DNA of 63,337 bases, filler included, from Candidatus Woesearchaeota archaeon (lineage in GTDB: Archaea > Nanobdellota > Nanobdellia > Woesearchaeales > GCA-2685855), in NCBI GenBank assembly GCA_002685855.1. It is 6 parts of 6 records of this genome, joined end to end, with 100 filler letters (N's around TTAATTAATTAA, not from the genome) between each part and the next. Parts side by side here need not be neighbours in the genome. Positions count along the whole stretch, not along the records: positions 15,390 to 36,995 come from NYYS01000028.1; positions 37,096 to 44,140 come from NYYS01000029.1; 4 more parts are not named here. One strand, 5' to 3'. The notes under the pieces are model-generated. The model saw only the letters and a list, made by a program, of their open reading frames with translations. It did not search any database and was not told the origin of the DNA. The stretch's first letter is position 1. Each line of letters starts with the position of its first letter. Both the position numbers and the translations under genes were made by a program. Shown piece by piece: positions 30,709 through 39,508 of the stretch.

Positions 30709-31071
30709 ATGATCTTCAACACCACAAACAACACCTGTCTAAGCAAAGAAGAAAAACACCTCTCAACTATTTTACAGAAAGCCATAGGCACCATGCTCCA
30801 AAAACCAACAAAGCCACTAATTTTCCACTTCAAAAAACCCCAAAACATAAGCCTCCATATGTTCCTTGTCTTCCACCCCCTCGACCTCATATTTCTCAAC
30901 CAGGAAAACAAGATCATAGAAATCAAAGAAAACTTCAAACCATTTACACTCTACACATCCCAGAAAAAAGCAATAACACTCATCGAATGCCCACACAACA
31001 CAATAAAAAAAACCAGAACCCAGAAAGGAGACAAACTTTATATAGGAGAAACCTCTAAAAAAAAGAGATAA
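30709..31071 (+). CDS. DUF192 family protein
   Basis: KAIGTM...LIFHF...SLHMFLVFHPLDLIFLN...IE. Confidence 0.8.
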   Translation: MIFNTTNNTCLSKEEKHLSTILQKAIGTMLQKPTKPLIFHFKKPQNISLHMFLVFHPLDLIFLNQENKIIEIKENFKPFTLYTSQKKAITLIECPHNTIKKTRTQKGDKLYIGETSKKKR

Positions 31072-31116
31072 TAGATCAAAAAAAACACAAAAAAATAACA
31101 AAACACAAATTCCAAA

Positions 31117-31992
31117 ATGAAACAAACATCCGCCTTCCTATCCATCATAGGAATCGTCCTCCTCGTAGCCATAATCTCTCTCTCCCTATCAAATTCCTTT
31201 CAAAACATAAAAAACATCGGTGGTCAGGCAGTCTATACAAGAACAGATGTGGTTGACGCCCTCTTCACAGAAGTCATAAAAGAAAGAATAGCATTCATCA
31301 ACCAAGACGACGACAAAAACATCCACGCAGACCTCTACCTCCCATCCGACACAACACCAAAAGCAGGAATCATATTCACCCGCGGTGGAGGAAGCGGCAA
31401 AATCCAGGCAGACAAATGGGAACAATACATGAGACGACTGGCACACGTCAACTACGCAGTTCTCTTCCCAATAGATTCCCGCATAAACAACAATCACTAC
31501 AAAGACAAAGGAGCTGCCGACATCTTCTACGCAGCCACCTACCTCAAACAGACCTATAACCTAGACAAAATCGCCTGCATCGGAACCAGCCAGGGACACA
31601 TCTCAACCCTCGCAGCAGTAGAAGACTACAGCATCTGTGACGCATATGTCAACATCGCAGGAGCCCTCCCCCACAAACAGGAAGACCCCTACCTCCTCCG
31701 CCCCAACCAAATTGCCCAAATCGAATCACCAAGCCTCTTTATTGTTGGCGATGAAGATCCACAAAAAGAAAACTTCCAACTCCTCATCATAGACCAGATG
31801 GACCAATACGCTCCAGACATTGCCAAACACCAGGAGATCTACCAAGGCCCTCACGGCTTTATGACACTCGAAGGACAAGACTACACACAAGAGGAATTCA
31901 ACCAAGCCGACAAAGCACAAAAAGACATCATCGCCTTCCTCAAATGGCAGCTCGAAGAAGCCAAAAAACCCGATTACTACACCCCCAACTAG
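31117..31992 (+). CDS. Membrane-anchored alpha/beta hydrolase (dienelactone hydrolase-like)
   Basis: N-terminal TM helix; GTSQG nucleophile elbow, GDED, YQGPHGF. Confidence 0.75.
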   Translation: MKQTSAFLSIIGIVLLVAIISLSLSNSFQNIKNIGGQAVYTRTDVVDALFTEVIKERIAFINQDDDKNIHADLYLPSDTTPKAGIIFTRGGGSGKIQADKWEQYMRRLAHVNYAVLFPIDSRINNNHYKDKGAADIFYAATYLKQTYNLDKIACIGTSQGHISTLAAVEDYSICDAYVNIAGALPHKQEDPYLLRPNQIAQIESPSLFIVGDEDPQKENFQLLIIDQMDQYAPDIAKHQEIYQGPHGFMTLEGQDYTQEEFNQADKAQKDIIAFLKWQLEEAKKPDYYTPN

Positions 31993-32007
31993 TTCTCCCT
32001 TAAAAAC

Positions 32008-32129
32008 GGCTCTGCCCTGAATAACCCCTGAGGGTATACTGGCGCCCATCGAGGTGCATATTTTCACCTGGTGAAAATATTCTCGCACCGTGCCCCAGTA
32101 TACCGTTGTACTCTATTCAGGACAGAGCC
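32008..32129. mobile_element. 122-bp MITE with 16-bp TIRs and a 9-bp target-site duplication
   Basis: TIRs GGCTCTGCCCTGAATA (32008-32023) and TATTCAGGACAGAGCC (32114-32129), one mismatch; CTTAAAAAC on both flanks (31999-32007, 32130-32138). Confidence 0.85.
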
Positions 32130-32195
32130 CTTAAAAACCAAAAGCTTTTAATACTAGCAACACGAATTCTGGTCTATAAAAAAGGGGTGTAAAGG

Positions 32196-33791
32196 GTGAA
32201 AAAAGGGAAACCACCAAAAAAAGTAGTGGATGATCCAGCTAAGAGCCTAAAAAACCCTTCTCAACATCTCGAAGACCTCAAAAAAACACCCATCCGCCTC
32301 GAACCCAAATCAGAGGAACGAAAACTTCTCGAAACCTACAACTACACCTCCAAAGAGATCCCTGTCACTGTAGAAATTATCAAGAAAAAAGGAGAATTCG
32401 TAAAAACCTACGAAGTCAGCATCAGCTCAGTCTCAAAAACCACAGAGTTCATCCTCGAAAAGATCAGACAAGAACTCATCAAAAGAGTAAACCTCGGCAT
32501 GGTCGAACTCACTGACACAAAAAAAGAAAACGTAGTAGAAGAACGCTTCTCAGAAACCATATCCGTCCTCATCGAAAAATACTTTCCCGACCTCGACGAA
32601 GAAACAAAGAAGTTCCTCACATCCTACCTCGTCTCAAAAAGCCTTGGCCTGGGAAATATTGAACTGCTCATGGCAGACGCAAAACTCGAAGAGATCGTTG
32701 TCAATGAAGCATCAGAACCCGTCTGGATCTACCATAGAGACCACGGATGGGTCAAAACCAACATCTTTGTTCTTGATGAAGACCAAACAAAACACTACGC
32801 AGCCATGATCGGAAGAAGAGTCGGAAGACAGATATCAGTATTAGAACCTCTCCTGGACGCACACCTCCCTGGAGGAGACCGTGTCAACGCCACCCTCATC
32901 CCCATCTCAACACGAGGAAACACCATCACCCTCAGAAAATTCTCAAGAGACCCCTGGACCATCACCCGCTTCCTCAAAGCAGGAACAATGACGCCCTCTG
33001 TAGCCAGCCTCCTGTGGATGGCAATGCAGTTCGAACTCAGCATGATCATCGCAGGCGGCACTGCCTCAGGAAAAACCTCAACCCTCAACTGCCTGGCAAA
33101 CTTCTTCCCCCCCAACCAAAGAATCCTCAGCATAGAAGACACACGCGAAATCCAACTCCCAAGATTCCTCCACTGGGTCCCCCTAAACACCCGTTTGCCA
33201 AACACAGAAGGCGTAGGAGAAGTAAGCATGGAACACCTCCTCATCAACAGCCTCAGAATGCGACCCGACAGAATCATCGTAGGAGAAGTCAGACGAAAAC
33301 GAGAAGCAGAAACCCTCTTTGAAGCAATCCACACCGGCCACTCAGTATACGCCACCTTCCACGCCAACAACGCAGAAGAAGCCCTCCAACGCCTTACCAA
33401 TCCCCCCATAGACGTCCCCCCTATCATGATGCCCGCCATCAGCCTCATCCTCGTCCAGTTCAGAAACAGACGCACAGGAAAAAGACGTACCTTCCAGGTA
33501 GCAGAGATCCTCCCAGACGCATCCCCCAACGTCCTCCTCCAATACGACGCCAAAAAAGACAAACTCGTCGAAATAAACAAAAGCAAAAGCCTCATCAAAA
33601 CCCTCAAAATGTACACCGGCTTCACAGACGCAGAGGTTGCAGCAGAACTCAAAGAAAAAGAAGGCATTCTCAACTACATGATTAAAAACAACATCCACGA
33701 AGTCGACGCAGTCGGAAAAGTCGTAGCAGAATACTACACAGATAAAGCCAACCTCTTAAAAAACGTAAAAGCCAACAAACTTTTACAATAA
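32196..33791 (+). CDS. Type IV pilus/type II secretion assembly ATPase (FlaI/TadA-like)
   Basis: GGTASGKTS, SIEDTREI, SLRMRPDRIIVGEVR, TGHSVYATFHA. Confidence 0.95.
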   Translation: MKKGKPPKKVVDDPAKSLKNPSQHLEDLKKTPIRLEPKSEERKLLETYNYTSKEIPVTVEIIKKKGEFVKTYEVSISSVSKTTEFILEKIRQELIKRVNLGMVELTDTKKENVVEERFSETISVLIEKYFPDLDEETKKFLTSYLVSKSLGLGNIELLMADAKLEEIVVNEASEPVWIYHRDHGWVKTNIFVLDEDQTKHYAAMIGRRVGRQISVLEPLLDAHLPGGDRVNATLIPISTRGNTITLRKFSRDPWTITRFLKAGTMTPSVASLLWMAMQFELSMIIAGGTASGKTSTLNCLANFFPPNQRILSIEDTREIQLPRFLHWVPLNTRLPNTEGVGEVSMEHLLINSLRMRPDRIIVGEVRRKREAETLFEAIHTGHSVYATFHANNAEEALQRLTNPPIDVPPIMMPAISLILVQFRNRRTGKRRTFQVAEILPDASPNVLLQYDAKKDKLVEINKSKSLIKTLKMYTGFTDAEVAAELKEKEGILNYMIKNNIHEVDAVGKVVAEYYTDKANLLKNVKANKLLQ

Positions 33792-33795
33792 TACA

Positions 33796-34590
33796 ATGTT
33801 CATCTATCGCCGCATCGCAAGAAAGATCCCTTCTCTAGACTTCAAACTAAAACAAGCCGGACTTCCTGATACCCCTGAAGAATACGTTAAAAAAACATCC
33901 ATGACAGCACTCTTTCTCACACTCGCTCTCTTGGCAATCATCTACCTCTTCATCCCCAAAGCAACCATCATCCTCCTCTTCCCCATCCTCTTCGGAATAG
34001 CCTTTGTCTACTTCCTCAACTATGTTGACCTCAAAATAAAAAAAGCCGACACCTTCATCAACCAGGAAATAGTCTTTGCCGGCCGCTTTCTCATCATCCA
34101 GCTCGAATCCGGCGTACCCATGTACAAAGCATTCATGCACATTGCAAAAAACTATGAACACGTAGGAAAAGCATTCGGCTCCATTGTAGAAAAAGTCGAC
34201 CTTGGAACAGCAATGGAAGACGCACTCTCAGAAATCATCGACCAAACACCCTCCGAAAACCTTAGACGAATGCTATGGCAAATACTCAACAGCATCAAAA
34301 CAGGATCAGACGTCACCGAATCATTAAACATCGTCATCGAACAAATAATACGAGAACAACAGATAGCCGTAAACCAATACGCCCGCAAATTAAATCCCCT
34401 AGCCATGTTCTACATGATGGTAGCAATCATCGTACCCAGCCTGGGAACAACCATGCTCATCGTAATGAGCACCTTCATCGGATTCAAACTCACCCTACCA
34501 CTCCTATTTACCCTAGCAGGAGTCGTCGGCTTCATCCAGTTCATGTTCCTCTCAATCATCAAATCAGCACGCCCACCCATGGAACTCTAA
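33796..34590 (+). CDS. Pilus membrane platform protein (T2SSF, TadC/FlaJ-like)
   Basis: ESGVP, GTAMEDAL, NSIKTGSDV, KLNPLAMFYM; several TM helices. Confidence 0.9.
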   Translation: MFIYRRIARKIPSLDFKLKQAGLPDTPEEYVKKTSMTALFLTLALLAIIYLFIPKATIILLFPILFGIAFVYFLNYVDLKIKKADTFINQEIVFAGRFLIIQLESGVPMYKAFMHIAKNYEHVGKAFGSIVEKVDLGTAMEDALSEIIDQTPSENLRRMLWQILNSIKTGSDVTESLNIVIEQIIREQQIAVNQYARKLNPLAMFYMMVAIIVPSLGTTMLIVMSTFIGFKLTLPLLFTLAGVVGFIQFMFLSIIKSARPPMEL

Positions 34591-36503
34591 TGACAAAAAA
34601 GAGAAAAAAAGGAAAGAGAACAGCAAAAAAACCCGCCAGAGCACCAAAGAAAACACCCATAAAAAAACCTATTTCGCAAAAAAACAAACCCCACAAACAC
34701 AAACCTGGAGAAACACACATCGAAACAGATTCTGGAGAACTCCACCCAACCCTCTCCCACCACCCCCTAGCTGCCCCCTTCGAAGACCACCCTCCAACAA
34801 CACAAAAAGGCAGCATCAGCCACTACGACACCCACACCGTCCAACACTCAGATAAATCCCACCTCAGCATCTACGACAACCACAAAATAGCCACAGCCCT
34901 CAAAAAAGGACACCTCACCATAAGAAAAACACAACAATCAGACACAACACTTTCAGACAACAAAAACACACCACAACAACCAACAGACACCACGCATCCA
35001 CCAACCACACCATCACAACAATCAGACACAACCCTTCCATCAAAAACCACCCTCAAACCAAAAAACCCTATCAACGTAATCCTCCTCAGCATCTTCACCC
35101 TCGGCATCTACCTCATCTACTGGTACCACTACGCCAACAAAGTATTTGCAACAAAAAACAAACTTAGTCCTGGTAGGCAAACACTTCTTTTCGCCCCCTT
35201 TATCTACGGAGTCCTTTTTCTCGTTTCCAACTTTCCCTTGCTCGGAATCCTTGCACTCCCAGGAATCATAAGCCTCTGGAAATTCACAACCCTTGTAAAA
35301 AAAGCCGACACAGGTAAATACCCCCAACCACAAATCACACAGATAATCATCTGGATCGTCTTCTTCCCCTTTACAGTATTCAAAACACAAAAAATACTCA
35401 ACAAACTCATCGAAGAACATACGCTTTCCGAAAACATATCCAAAGCCAAAACCATCCGAGCAAAAGAAGCAGAACTCTTCCACACTAAGAAAAAAGAAAA
35501 ACCAAAACGAAAAAAAACCCGCCATCTCCTTCGCACCTTTCTAGACAAAGCAGGATATGAACACCTTGAAGAAGCAGGCATAAAAAAATATATCTTCCAA
35601 ACAGGAATCATCCTCTGCGCATTCCTAACATTAGTTATCCTCGCAATATCTGCATTCACAAAACCCGGCGTCATCGGCCCCCTTGTATTAATCCTGGCAA
35701 TCTGGACCGTACTCTTTTCAGCCCTCATCATCATCGGCTACATTGGAATATATCTATTCCTCGATCTAAAACTGTTCAAACGAAAGGTCGAATTAGAAGA
35801 GGTCCTCCCAGATTATCTTCAACTAACCGCAGCAAACATCTCCGCAGGCATGACCATCGATCGAGCCCTATGGTACGCCATCCGTCCACGTTTCGGAATC
35901 CTTGCCAAAGAGATCGAAGAGGTAGCCAAAAAAACAATGGCAGGAGAGGACTTAGGAAAAGCACTCACCGCATTCGCCAACAAGTATGATTCACTCATGC
36001 TCAAACGATCAGTTTCTCTATTAATTGTAGGAGTAGAATCCGGCGGAGAAATCGCATCATTACTTAATAAAATTAGCACAAACATCCGTGAGATACGGTT
36101 ATTGAAAAAAGAGATGGCAGCCAACGTAACAACCTACGTCATCTTCATCGGCTTCGCCACTGTAGCAGCCGCACCCTTTCTCTTCGCCCTCTCCACAACC
36201 CTCCTGGTAGTCATCCAACAAATCATCGGCGGAATCGGAGGCGGCCTCGCCCAAGGTTCAGGAGGCGGAGGCATGCTCAGCTTCCAGATCGACGCCTCAA
36301 CAGTAGACATTGGAACATTCAAAATGTTCTCCATCCTACTATTATCTATAACCTCTACCTTCTCCGCAGCCATCATCTCCACCATCCAGAAAGGCAATGT
36401 CAAATCAGGAATACGCTTCATCCCCATCTTTATCATCACAACCTTCATCCTCTACCTTATTGGGGTAAAGCTGTTGGGATTGCTCTTTGGCGGACTACTC
36501 TAG
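34590..36503 (+). CDS. Second T2SSF platform protein with N-terminal low-complexity and DUF4234-like extension
   Basis: Likely start ATG 34590 overlapping the upstream stop; LEEVLPDYLQL.AANI.AGMTID.AL...FGILAKE...ESGG; N-terminal LLSIFTLGIYLIYWY. Confidence 0.85.
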   Translation: MTKKRKKGKRTAKKPARAPKKTPIKKPISQKNKPHKHKPGETHIETDSGELHPTLSHHPLAAPFEDHPPTTQKGSISHYDTHTVQHSDKSHLSIYDNHKIATALKKGHLTIRKTQQSDTTLSDNKNTPQQPTDTTHPPTTPSQQSDTTLPSKTTLKPKNPINVILLSIFTLGIYLIYWYHYANKVFATKNKLSPGRQTLLFAPFIYGVLFLVSNFPLLGILALPGIISLWKFTTLVKKADTGKYPQPQITQIIIWIVFFPFTVFKTQKILNKLIEEHTLSENISKAKTIRAKEAELFHTKKKEKPKRKKTRHLLRTFLDKAGYEHLEEAGIKKYIFQTGIILCAFLTLVILAISAFTKPGVIGPLVLILAIWTVLFSALIIIGYIGIYLFLDLKLFKRKVELEEVLPDYLQLTAANISAGMTIDRALWYAIRPRFGILAKEIEEVAKKTMAGEDLGKALTAFANKYDSLMLKRSVSLLIVGVESGGEIASLLNKISTNIREIRLLKKEMAANVTTYVIFIGFATVAAAPFLFALSTTLLVVIQQIIGGIGGGLAQGSGGGGMLSFQIDASTVDIGTFKMFSILLLSITSTFSAAIISTIQKGNVKSGIRFIPIFIITTFILYLIGVKLLGLLFGGLL

Positions 36504-36655
36504 AACACAACACCCTAAAAACCCCTTTTAAACCAAACTAATATATCAACCCCCCCATCAGTATACAAAAACCTATATAAACCGAAACATTTAAATACTA
36601 GAAACCCCGAAAACCACCAAATAATCCTTAAAAAGAGTGTGTCGAGGTGAACCAA

Positions 36656-36995
36656 ATGTTTAAAATAAGAAAAGGACAGGCCGCCATGGAATTCCTAATG
36701 ACCTATGGATGGGCCATATTAGTAGTGCTCGCAGCCATAGGAGCCCTAGCCTACTTCGGAGTACTAAGCCCAGATAATATTTTACCAGAGAGATGTACAG
36801 GACCAGCAGGGCTGGACTGTTTAGAGAAGGCAAGTATTGATGCAACAGCAGAAACAGTAGGAGTTGCTTTCAAACAGAATTTAGGAATGGATATTGAAAT
36901 AGATACGACATCCCTTGCATCATTAGGTCTTGCGGCAACAGAAGATTGTAGTGGTACAATGGCTTTCACAAAATTAACAATTACTCCTGTTAGTG
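36656..36995 (+). CDS. Major pilin-type protein, 3'-truncated
   Basis: RKG/QAAMEFLMTYGWAILVVLAAIGALAYFGVLSP; GAGGTGA RBS upstream. Confidence 0.9.
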
Positions 36996-37095
36996 NNNNN
37001 NNNNNNNNNNNNNNNNNNNNNNNNNNNNNNNNNNNNNNNTTAATTAATTAANNNNNNNNNNNNNNNNNNNNNNNNNNNNNNNNNNNNNNNNNNNN
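36996..37095. other. Artificial contig linker
   Basis: 44 N + TTAATTAATTAA + 44 N. Confidence 0.98.
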
Positions 37096-37097
37096 AT

Positions 37098-38153
37098 AAT
37101 TTAAATATTATTAAAAAAGATGTTAGTGAACTCAATTTACTTGAATTATTTAAAGAAAATGAATGGGTTATGGTGCACGGTCTAAAGAATCAAATTCATT
37201 CTTTTAGAAAAAAACTTTCCTTTTTGAAATTGACTAGAACCCAAATAAATAACTATGTGAATAGAGATTCTTTGCCTCTGCCGTATGCCACTTTATTACT
37301 CAAACAAGAGAAAGTTGATAAAAAAAAGCTTTTTATTTCAGCAAAAAGAGATTCTGTGATGCTTCCAGCAGTATTGGAAGTTAATGAGCGCTTTCTTAAA
37401 ATTTTAGGCCTCTATGTGGCCGAAGGATATTCAAGAAAAAAAATGGTTGGAAAGGGATATTATCAAGTCTATATTGCTGCAGAAAAAAAGGAAATCAGAG
37501 AGTTTATCAAAGCATATTTTGAATCTGATTTAGGATTAAAACCGAGCGAAAACAAGAAAGATCGTGTGACCTATTCAAGTAGAATTATTTATGATTTATT
37601 CACAAACCATTTTTCTATGGGATCAAGTGCATATGAAAAAAGAATGCCCCGACCTTTTCTAAATCTACCTAATAAAAAATTAGGATGGTTGTTGTCGGGC
37701 TATTTTGAAGGTGACGGTTCTGTTACAAAAAATGATTTAAGAATCACTTTTGATACGGTTTCTCCAGGTCTAATGAGAGATATTGAGTTTATCTTAGGTC
37801 AGCTAAATGTTTTTGTGAAGTATAAATCATACACAAAAGAACCAGGAGATAAGCTTAAAGAGTTTTATTTTAAAAAATTGAGAAAAGTCCCTCTCTTTAC
37901 GTGTACAAAAGGTACGATTCAAAGTAAATTTATGAAACTTATGTTTGGATTTGTTTCTTTTATTTCACAAGAAAAACAAAATCGTTTTAGAAATCTTGTT
38001 AATAATAAAAAATTTAGGAATCTATTTTTAAAATATGATGAACACTATTTTTTTGATAAGATTATTTCAATTTCGATTCTTTCCCCAGAAGTAACGTATT
38101 GTTTAAACACAGAAAATAATTTTGTGGTGGCAAACGGTCTACTAACTAAACAA
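37098..38153 (+). mobile_element. Intein with LAGLIDADG homing endonuclease in polC (5' part missing)
   Basis: ILGLYVAEG and LSGYFEGDG motifs; block F/G VTYCLNTENNFVVANGLLTKQ followed by extein Cys; visibly more AT-rich than the extein. Confidence 0.9.
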
Positions 38154-38903
38154 TGCGATGGTGATGAGTCTTGCTTCTTTTTACTTATGGATGCTTTTCT
38201 GAATTTTTCCTCTTCCTATCTTCCGAGTAGCAGGGGAAGTACGATGGATGCGCCGTTGGTATTGACCTCTGTGCTGAATGCGGCAGAGGTTGATGATATG
38301 GCCTTTCACGTCGATACTGCATGGGAGTATCCGCTGGAGTTGTATGAGGCAGCGCAAGAGTTTAAAAATCCTTGGGATGTGCAGATTCCTTTGCTTAAGG
38401 ATTATCTGGGGACTCCAAAACAGTATGAGGGAATAGGATATACACATCCGGTTTTTAATATTAATGCGGGTGTGCTGTGTTCTGCCTATAAGCTTTTGCC
38501 GAGTATGCAGGAAAAACTCGGGGGGCAGATGGAGCTTGCAGAAAAGATACGTGCAGTAGATCCTGTTGATGTGGCTCGGTTAGTAATTGAGAAACATTTT
38601 ATACGGGATATTAAGGGTAATCTGAGAAAGTTTTCAATGCAGATTTTTCGTTGTGTTCATTGTAATGAAAAGTTTCGGAGGCCGCCTTTGATTGGGCGGT
38701 GTACAAAGTGTGGGGGAAAGATTATCTTTACGATTTCAGAAGGGAGTATTGTGAAGTATCTTGAGCCGAGTCTGAGTTTAGCACGTAAGTATCATGTTTC
38801 TGATTATTTGCAGCAGAGCATTGAGTTAACGAAACGAAGAATTGAGGTGTTCTTTGGAAAGGATAAAGAGGTTCAGGAAGGACTTGGGAAGTGGTTTGGT
38901 TAG
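37098..38903 (+). CDS. polC: DNA polymerase D large subunit DP2, C-terminal part (5'-truncated, intein-containing)
   Basis: CDGDE catalytic motif, MDAPLVL, HFIRDIKGNLRKFSMQ, C-terminal Zn finger CVHC...CTKC, PIP-like QEGLGKWF. Confidence 0.95.
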   Translation, partial: NLNIIKKDVSELNLLELFKENEWVMVHGLKNQIHSFRKKLSFLKLTRTQINNYVNRDSLPLPYATLLLKQEKVDKKKLFISAKRDSVMLPAVLEVNERFLKILGLYVAEGYSRKKMVGKGYYQVYIAAEKKEIREFIKAYFESDLGLKPSENKKDRVTYSSRIIYDLFTNHFSMGSSAYEKRMPRPFLNLPNKKLGWLLSGYFEGDGSVTKNDLRITFDTVSPGLMRDIEFILGQLNVFVKYKSYTKEPGDKLKEFYFKKLRKVPLFTCTKGTIQSKFMKLMFGFVSFISQEKQNRFRNLVNNKKFRNLFLKYDEHYFFDKIISISILSPEVTYCLNTENNFVVANGLLTKQCDGDESCFFLLMDAFLNFSSSYLPSSRGSTMDAPLVLTSVLNAAEVDDMAFHVDTAWEYPLELYEAAQEFKNPWDVQIPLLKDYLGTPKQYEGIGYTHPVFNINAGVLCSAYKLLPSMQEKLGGQMELAEKIRAVDPVDVARLVIEKHFIRDIKGNLRKFSMQIFRCVHCNEKFRRPPLIGRCTKCGGKIIFTISEGSIVKYLEPSLSLARKYHVSDYLQQSIELTKRRIEVFFGKDKEVQEGLGKWFG

Positions 38904-39508
38904 TTTTTTTTTATTTTTGCGATGTAGGTGCGGGTGTTGATTCTGTGGATGGTTGTTGTGCAGTTGTGTTTTTGAAAGAGGGTTCTTAATGTATCAGGGG
39001 GGTAAAAGCGACTGTTCATTTTTAGAAGATTGTTTTCAAAAAACTTAATCATTTTTCCTTGAAATGACGTTGGATCAAATTCGATCATAAGGAGTGTGCC
39101 TTTTTTCTTGAGAATGCGAAGAATCTCTTTAATCGATTGGTCGATGATCTTTTCGTGATCTTTCTTTTTGTACTTGTTTGTAAGGTGGTGGAAGCTGTCG
39201 ACACAGGTGATGATGTCGAAGCTGTTCTTTTTTAGAGGGTTTTTTTGTAGGGTTGCACGTATTTTTTTTATCTTTTTTGAGGTGATCTTTTTTAACATCT
39301 CTTTTGAAGGATCTAGAACTGTTACGTTGTTGCACTGTTTTAAAAGAATTTCTGCGATGAGTCCGGTTCCGCCACCGATGTCGAGGATTTTGTCTTCTTT
39401 TTTTGGTTTGGCGATGGTTATTATTTTTTTAGCAAAGAGTTTGGGTTTACCTGAGAGTTTCATTAGTGGATGAAATATCCAGGCGATTGAATCGAAGACT
39501 TGTTTCAT
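38900..39508 (-). CDS. Class I SAM-dependent methyltransferase
   Basis: ILDIGGGTG, LDPS.EML, FDII...SFHH, ILKKKG. Confidence 0.9.
   Translation of the reverse strand: MKQVFDSIAWIFHPLMKLSGKPKLFAKKIITIAKPKKEDKILDIGGGTGLIAEILLKQCNNVTVLDPSKEMLKKITSKKIKKIRATLQKNPLKKNSFDIITCVDSFHHLTNKYKKKDHEKIIDQSIKEILRILKKKGTLLMIEFDPTSFQGKMIKFFENNLLKMNSRFYPPDTLRTLFQKHNCTTTIHRINTRTYIAKIKKN

Noticed and set aside
32008..32129. Possible tRNA, SRP RNA or 6S-like RNA
   Set aside because: No cloverleaf/T-loop or SRP helix-8 motif; terminal inverted repeats plus an exact 9-bp flanking duplication fit a MITE better.
32795..33673. 292-aa antisense ORF and many other overlapping shadow ORFs (e.g. 6359-6910, 35204-35734, 60189-60752)
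   Set aside because: They overlap well-supported genes, have no motifs, and are expected from the strong strand bias.
34275..34589. N-terminal extension of the 742-aa ORF; likewise 4527-4709 and 44948-44995
   Set aside because: These overlap upstream genes or promoter DNA; downstream ATGs (34590, 4710, 44947) fit stop/start coupling or TATA spacing better.
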